A stretch of 64,000 bases of DNA, from assembly GCF_009914755.1 (NCBI RefSeq), contig NC_060937.1; one strand, written 5' to 3'. A model generated the notes under the pieces. The model saw nothing but the letters and a program-made list of their open reading frames with translations, was not told the DNA's origin and did no database searches. Every line of letters starts with the position of its first letter. The stretch's first letter is position 1. Positions 58,095 to 64,000 of this stretch are shown here, piece by piece. Position numbers and translations under genes: made by a program. This DNA comes from the human T2T-CHM13v2.0 reference genome, Homo sapiens.

Positions 58095-58262
58095 TAGGGG
58101 AGACAGTAGAGAGAAGCAATTAAAACAGCTCTGGAGGCAAATTCTCCAGATTTATATCCTGCTTTTGACACTTAGTAGCAGTGTAATTTTGGGCAAGTAG
58201 GTTAACGTCTTTGAACCACAATTTTGTTGTGTGGGAAGTGTAAGTGAGCTAATAAATAATAG
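58095..58262 (+). mobile_element. MIR SINE
   Basis: CAGCTCTGGAGGCA...ATCCTGCTTTTGACACTTAGTAGCAGTGTAATTTTGGGCAAGTAGGTTAAC. Confidence 0.7.
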
Positions 58263-58404
58263 GTATAGAAAAATATTCTTTTAAATAAGGGTTCAGTACA
58301 TATAACTCTCTATATAATGATAAACCTCCACAAAATCATTAACTTATTCACCTATCTCCCCAAAGCCAGACTGATTTAAATGATAAAAAATATAAATACA
58401 AATT

Positions 58405-60885
58405 ATTTCAGCTTCTGAGAAGGTGGATAAAACATAATTTTCCTTATTTCTCTTGCTAAGTAAAACTAAAATCCTGGACGTTATATATAAAACAAATAAA
58501 AGCAGGCTCTGAAACATAAAGAGAAGATGGCAGCTCAGCGAGGGATGTTGGTATCAGAGAAATATAACAAGGGTGAATTTCCATTCTTTTCTTTTTACCT
58601 CATATACTCCAGACTGGACAATGAACAAGAGGGCAACACAGGATACCAATGGAAGCAAGCAAGCAAATAAACAAAAACGCCATTCTATTCAAATTCTATT
58701 CTCTTGTGGAAATAAGCAGCTTGAAAAGACAGGAGACTTTCAAACAAGAAGTCCTCTGTTGCCACCAATGACACAGAAAAAAATCTGTGACCTCATTCTC
58801 CTTCACAAAAGCCTAATGGAAAGTTTATAATTCCAACCTTGATAGGCTATAAGGAGATACCCCAACATGTCTAGGGTAGTATCAAAGAGGGTTGAGTAGA
58901 GAACCAAGAAATATTCATCTAATCCAGATGGTCATATGCTCCCTCCATACTTCACAAGGTATGATGGAGACTGCACGGGAAAGCCAGACTTCTATCCCTA
59001 CCTACCAGTAAGGAGGCATCCCTTCCCATATACGCTGATGTGATGTCAGAAGAGGCCAATTAGACAATCAGGACTTTCAACATCACTCAGCATTAATTAG
59101 GCCATATTCCTCCCATGGTGTCACTGATGGCCACGTGGAGAGCACTAATGGGATCCTTTTATCCCACACAACCCATGCAGTATTAGGAGAAGCTTAATGC
59201 AGGGCCAAGACTTTCACCCCACTCAGAAGTAATTAGAATACTTATCCCAATAGTCACCAGAGGCCAAATGATGAACCTGAAATTCTACTCCTACTTCACA
59301 ATAATGAGGTGGTGCCATATGAAGTTGGTCAAGACAAAGTGTTGAAATAAGACCAAGAGTCTCATAACATACAACAATGTAAATGGATTTATCCCAGTGA
59401 AGTCTACTCCTACAAAAGATTAAAATGGTAAATTATATGTATATACACACATATTATATATATGTGTGTGTATATATATGTTGTGTGTTATGTGTTACAC
59501 ACATATATATTTATATATATGTGTATATATACACACATATATGTGTGTATATACATATAACTTACCATTTTAACCATTTATATGATGTGTACATATATAG
59601 ATGGTTTTATATATATATACACATATATATACATTTTGACCAAAATTATATATATGAAGCAAAACCCCAAAATGTTAAGGTGCTTATTCTCAGTGGTAAG
59701 TGAAGTTTTATTCTTTTATTCTCTATGTCTTCCTGTATATTAACAAATATATTTACAATTTTTAGAAGTCTTATAATACATACAAAATGTTCACGTTTCA
59801 ATTAAAGATCACTCATCATTGAAAGAATATGAAAAAATGGATGGAAAAATGTTATGACAGTGATGTGAGAATTATCTGACAAAGATTTTAAAGTAAACAT
59901 CATAAAAATGTTTCAGCAAGAAATTATGAATAGGCTTAAAATCAATGAAAAAATTAGGAGCCTCAACAAAGAAGATATAAAGAAAAATCAAATGTAAGTT
60001 TTAGGACTGAAAAATACTATAACTGAAATGCAGAGCTTGATGGCGGGGATTAACAGAAGATAGGTGGGCCGAGAAGACACAGCCAGCAAACTTGAAGCTG
60101 GAACAATATAAATTACTCAATCTGAGCAAAATTAAGTAAAAGAAAAAAGAAAGGACAGAGCCTCAGGGATCTGTGGGAGTAAACCAAAATATCTGACATC
60201 CATACCACTATTGTCCCTGAAAAAGAGAAAAAGAAGAGCAGACCTAAGACATCTTTGAGATATAATGGCTGAAACACCCCAATTATTTTGACAAAAGACA
60301 CACATTTACAGAGTCAAGAATTTGAGCGAATCTCATACAAAATAAATACAAAGAAATACATACCAATATATGATAGTCAAAGTTTAGAAACATATTTTTT
60401 GGAATCTATGAGTAAGAAACAGCACTTATATAAGGGAAAAATAATTTGAATGACAGGTGATTTCTTATCAGAAATCATGGAGCTAAAAAGGAAATGGAAC
60501 ATTTTTCAACTACCACAAGAAAGGAACTATAATTCTATACACACCAAAAATATTCATAAATAAAGAAAACTCAAAACCAAACATTCTCAGATGAAGGAAA
60601 ACAAGGGAAATTTATGAACAGAAGAGCTACCCTAAAATAATGCCTAAATGATGTCATCTCACTAGACAGGCTGTGAAGAAAAACATCTTGGAACCACAGG
60701 AAATAGATAAAAACATAGAAAGCAATAATATGAATAAATGCAGTAGAATTGTTTTCTATTTTAGAGTAATCTAGATGTTTGACATTTGAAACAAACAAAT
60801 TATACTGAGATTTTTTTAATGTAAGTAAAGGAAATATTTAAGGGATTTATATTATAAAAGGCATACAAAAAGAGGTAAGGTCTTT
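58405..60885 (+). mobile_element. Ancient L1M (MC/MD-class) 5' UTR + ORF1 remnant
   Basis: 5' end TTCAGCTTCTGAGAAGGTGG...GCTAAGTAAAACTAAAATCCTGGACGTTATATATAAAACAAA; ORF1 motifs ACAGAGCCTCAGGGATCTGTGGGA, ATAATGGCTGAAA and GATTTCTTATCAGAAATCATGGAG. Confidence 0.75.
59372..59765 (+). mobile_element. Inserted L1M 3'-end fragment with TA/CA filler
   Basis: CAACAATGTAAATG...TTAAAATGGTAAATT and CCAAAATGTTAAGGTGCTTATTCTC are L1M 3' motifs; flanked by degenerate direct repeats AGTCTCATAACATAC / AGTCTTATAATACATAC. Confidence 0.55.
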
Positions 60886-61326
60886 CGTCACAGTTACAGT
60901 TGAGACACCAGGACTTTGAAGTGTTGTCATGGCATCTTGGGCAATTAACTATTGTTCTTGTTACTGTTATTGTTATTACTATTTCTGGATAAACTGTGAC
61001 CTGATACTGTGGTCTGGTGAAAACATAAGCCTGACCACAGAGCACTAATCTTAGCAGCTAGTCCTACAACAATAGGTGATCCTAACAGCTGTCTCCTACA
61101 CCTAGCCACAAAATCAGGTTTGTCTGGAAGCTTTCCATCATTAAAGAGAGATCCCCTACATGGAAACAGACCTAAACTGATCCTACATGTGTTTACACAC
61201 AGATTTAGAGTGCTCGTTTTCACCAGGCTGATGCTTTTATTAAACAACCTACTATGAGTTAACCAAGGATGAAAAGATTGATCCTGATTTACAGATGGCT
61301 TTTTGTTGTATGCCAATATTAACTGA

Positions 61327-61815
<489 letters not shown>

Positions 61816-61859
61816 TGAGTTGAATGATTAGAGGCTTCAAAGAGGTTTCGTAGAAATTC

Positions 61860-61979
61860 TGTTTTTTTGTTTTTGTTTTTTTGGTAGGGACGGGGTTTCA
61901 CCATGTTGCCCAGGCTAGTCTCGAACTCCTGGGCTCAAGCGATCTGCCTATCTCGGCCTCCCAAAGTGCTGAGATTACA
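61860..61979 (-). mobile_element. FLAM/Alu left monomer, 5'-clipped
   Basis: T-rich tail, then GGTAGGGACGGGGTTTCACCATGTTGCCCAGGCTAG...CCCAAAGTGCTGAGATTACA. Confidence 0.88.
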
Positions 61980-62032
61980 AACTATATTCAGGGTATACAG
62001 GATATATTCACAGCACTTTCATAGTTTTTATA

Positions 62033-62090
62033 GGCTCACCTGTAATCTCAGCACTTTAGGAGGCTGAGGAAGGCAGATCACTTGAGCCTA
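62033..62090 (+). mobile_element. Short Alu left-arm fragment, inverted relative to the adjacent FLAM
   Basis: GGCTCACCTGTAATCTCAGCACTTTAGGAGGCTGAGGAAGGCAGATCACTTGAGCC; no tail or TSD. Confidence 0.85.
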
Positions 62091-64000
62091 ATTACCTAGA
62101 AATATGAGTACTAAATGTATGCTTACCAGATAATATCACTGGAAAAGTAATTTTCAAAGTCAGGCAGGAAGAAGAGTTTTTTGTGTGTGGATTTTAGTTA
62201 TTTTCCAGCAGGCTATCCAGAGCTTGCTCAATGGCATCATGAATAAAGTGGTGGCTATAGCATCAATTATAAAGACAGTAATGGCTATCTCATCGCAGTC
62301 AACTTATTGAAGCTGACATGCATTGCTGAATGTCCAGTTTACCAACGGCAATTAACCATAACCTGAGGAGATCAGCCAGCTTTCTTGTGGCCAGTTGCTA
62401 CTTTGAACACTTCGGTCATAGTTGGGGTAGCAAATTGTTTTTTTCTAGAGTAGACGTGTATTACATGTTTAATTTGCTTTCCCTGCCTATACCTCCGCTG
62501 AAAACACCAATATCCCTTATTAAGTAAACAATTACATAAAAAAGTGTTTCCCACACAAAATTTCTTGTGTCCAAGCAACTTTATGTCAGAATTTAAAAGA
62601 AGTTAAAATGTAAAAAATAAAAAATCCTACCTTTAAGTTATTCTCTGTTTATTTCATTTTCTGATTCAAGCCAGAAACACAATGAGCCAGGAAGAGCCTT
62701 GGAAACTATGCCTACAAGATCAACCCCACTTGATATAAGAGTTTTTGAAGGGCAAGATTTGATAGCAAAAAGACCCAGCGTTGTCACAAAGACCCACTCC
62801 CAAATCGTTTGCATTCTGTTCTCCTGAATCTCAGCTCTGTTGCTCTAAAACATTTTAGTATTGAAAGAAATGTCTTCCACCGGAAATACCAAAACATAAT
62901 TTCATAGTTTCATTGAATGGCAAAGTTAAGCTGCCACGTGGATAATTCAGACATTTCATAGAGTTAAAGTAGATGTATTTTTAAAGGGCATAAGTATTAG
63001 CTAAGGGAACTGTCAAGTGCAATAACGATACTTTTTCTATTCTTCAGGGTTTTTCATCACTGCCTTCAATTCAGTGAGGTTCCTAATCATCTTTCCACTA
63101 AATCGACTTTTGCTAAAGTTAGTATAACTCAGTTTCTGTCGGTTGCCATTAAAAAATTTTAACATACAGAGAGGAAGTGTGCACAGGCTATTTCAATATC
63201 CCTTTCCTGTTTTTTGAAGTGTTTATGAAAATATATTAATATATGCTTATTTAAGTTCAGAAAATTACAGAACATCAATGAAACAATCGACTACCAACTT
63301 CCTAGGAACACAGGTGCAAAAGCATATACACAGACAACAGTAAAAATGAGAAGATTCCTTGCAAAGGAATGTCAAATTCTTTTCTTGGCCAACAGGAATA
63401 ATTCTATGTTATGATAAGGCATGTAATCTAAGTATATTATCCTTTGCATCATTCAAATTCTAAGTACTTCTAGAAATTCTTTAAGCTGCCTATTACTTTT
63501 CTTAAAAATTTAGCGTAAGAAAATTTTGTTGTCTGCAACCAAAAACAGTGCCCGATATGCTATTTTGTTAAAGAAATGGTTGTGCGTTGAGGGGGCAAGC
63601 GGGGAGAACAAACTAAAATAAATGAGAAATTAGAGTGTATTCCTGACATCCTGACGCAGAGTTTGAAGGCAATGAGGATTTGGTTACCATCATTTGAAAA
63701 AGCACTGGTAATCTCTGGCACACAGTGGTGGAACATTATTTAAATTATTAACCGTGGATACTTGGAATAAAATGCCCATTGAGGCAAAACTTCAAGTGGC
63801 TGTTGCAATGCATGCATTTGAAAGTCTGCAATGTGAGCTAGCTGCTTCTAAATTTGATGGAGAGCTTAAAGAAAATTACTCAATTAAGTTGTTGAACAAA
63901 CACATGGTCAGAGAACCACTAGATTTTTTTCATGTAACAGTATAGTTCAAGTAGGTAAATATCAGATGTGGAGCCTGAACATGGTGGTACTGAAATATAA

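Noticed and set aside
58850-59310. Loosely periodic repeats (GACTTTCA/GACTTCTA-like motifs) resembling an array
   Set aside because: Degenerate subrepeats within the ancient L1M 5' UTR; not a CRISPR-like repeat-spacer structure.
63807-63818. 12-bp palindrome AATGCATGCATT
   Set aside because: Expected by chance in 64 kb of AT-rich DNA.

Overview
This is AT-rich, CpG-poor primate (very probably human) intergenic DNA with no credible protein-coding gene. The longer ORFs in the track trace to Alu, L1, MaLR/ERV or low-complexity sequence, and the rest are short and featureless. Much of the window is layered transposable-element fossils: Alus (several with clean TSDs), L1s of many ages (two with twin-priming 5' inversions, one keeping both ends but missing ORF1), a THE1 provirus, solo LTRs (THE1, MLT1, MLT2A, LTR8, LTR47-like), an ERVL pol remnant, DNA transposons (MADE1, MER46C, MER47-type, MER58B, MER94), MIR, L2 and HAL1. 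The one gene-like feature is a full-length MADE1 hairpin at 23040-23139. From memory it matches the miR-548x-2 precursor (MIR548X2), which would place the window in the 13q21 gene desert; this is unverified. I find no new protein-coding system. The most unusual signal is a recurring set of fold-back (locally templated) inverted duplications inside old repeats, some enclosing TA/CA-rich filler (9.9 kb, 40.2 kb, 43.6-45.4 kb, 59.4 kb, 61.9 kb). Subfamily names come from recalled consensus sequences and need RepeatMasker/Dfam confirmation.
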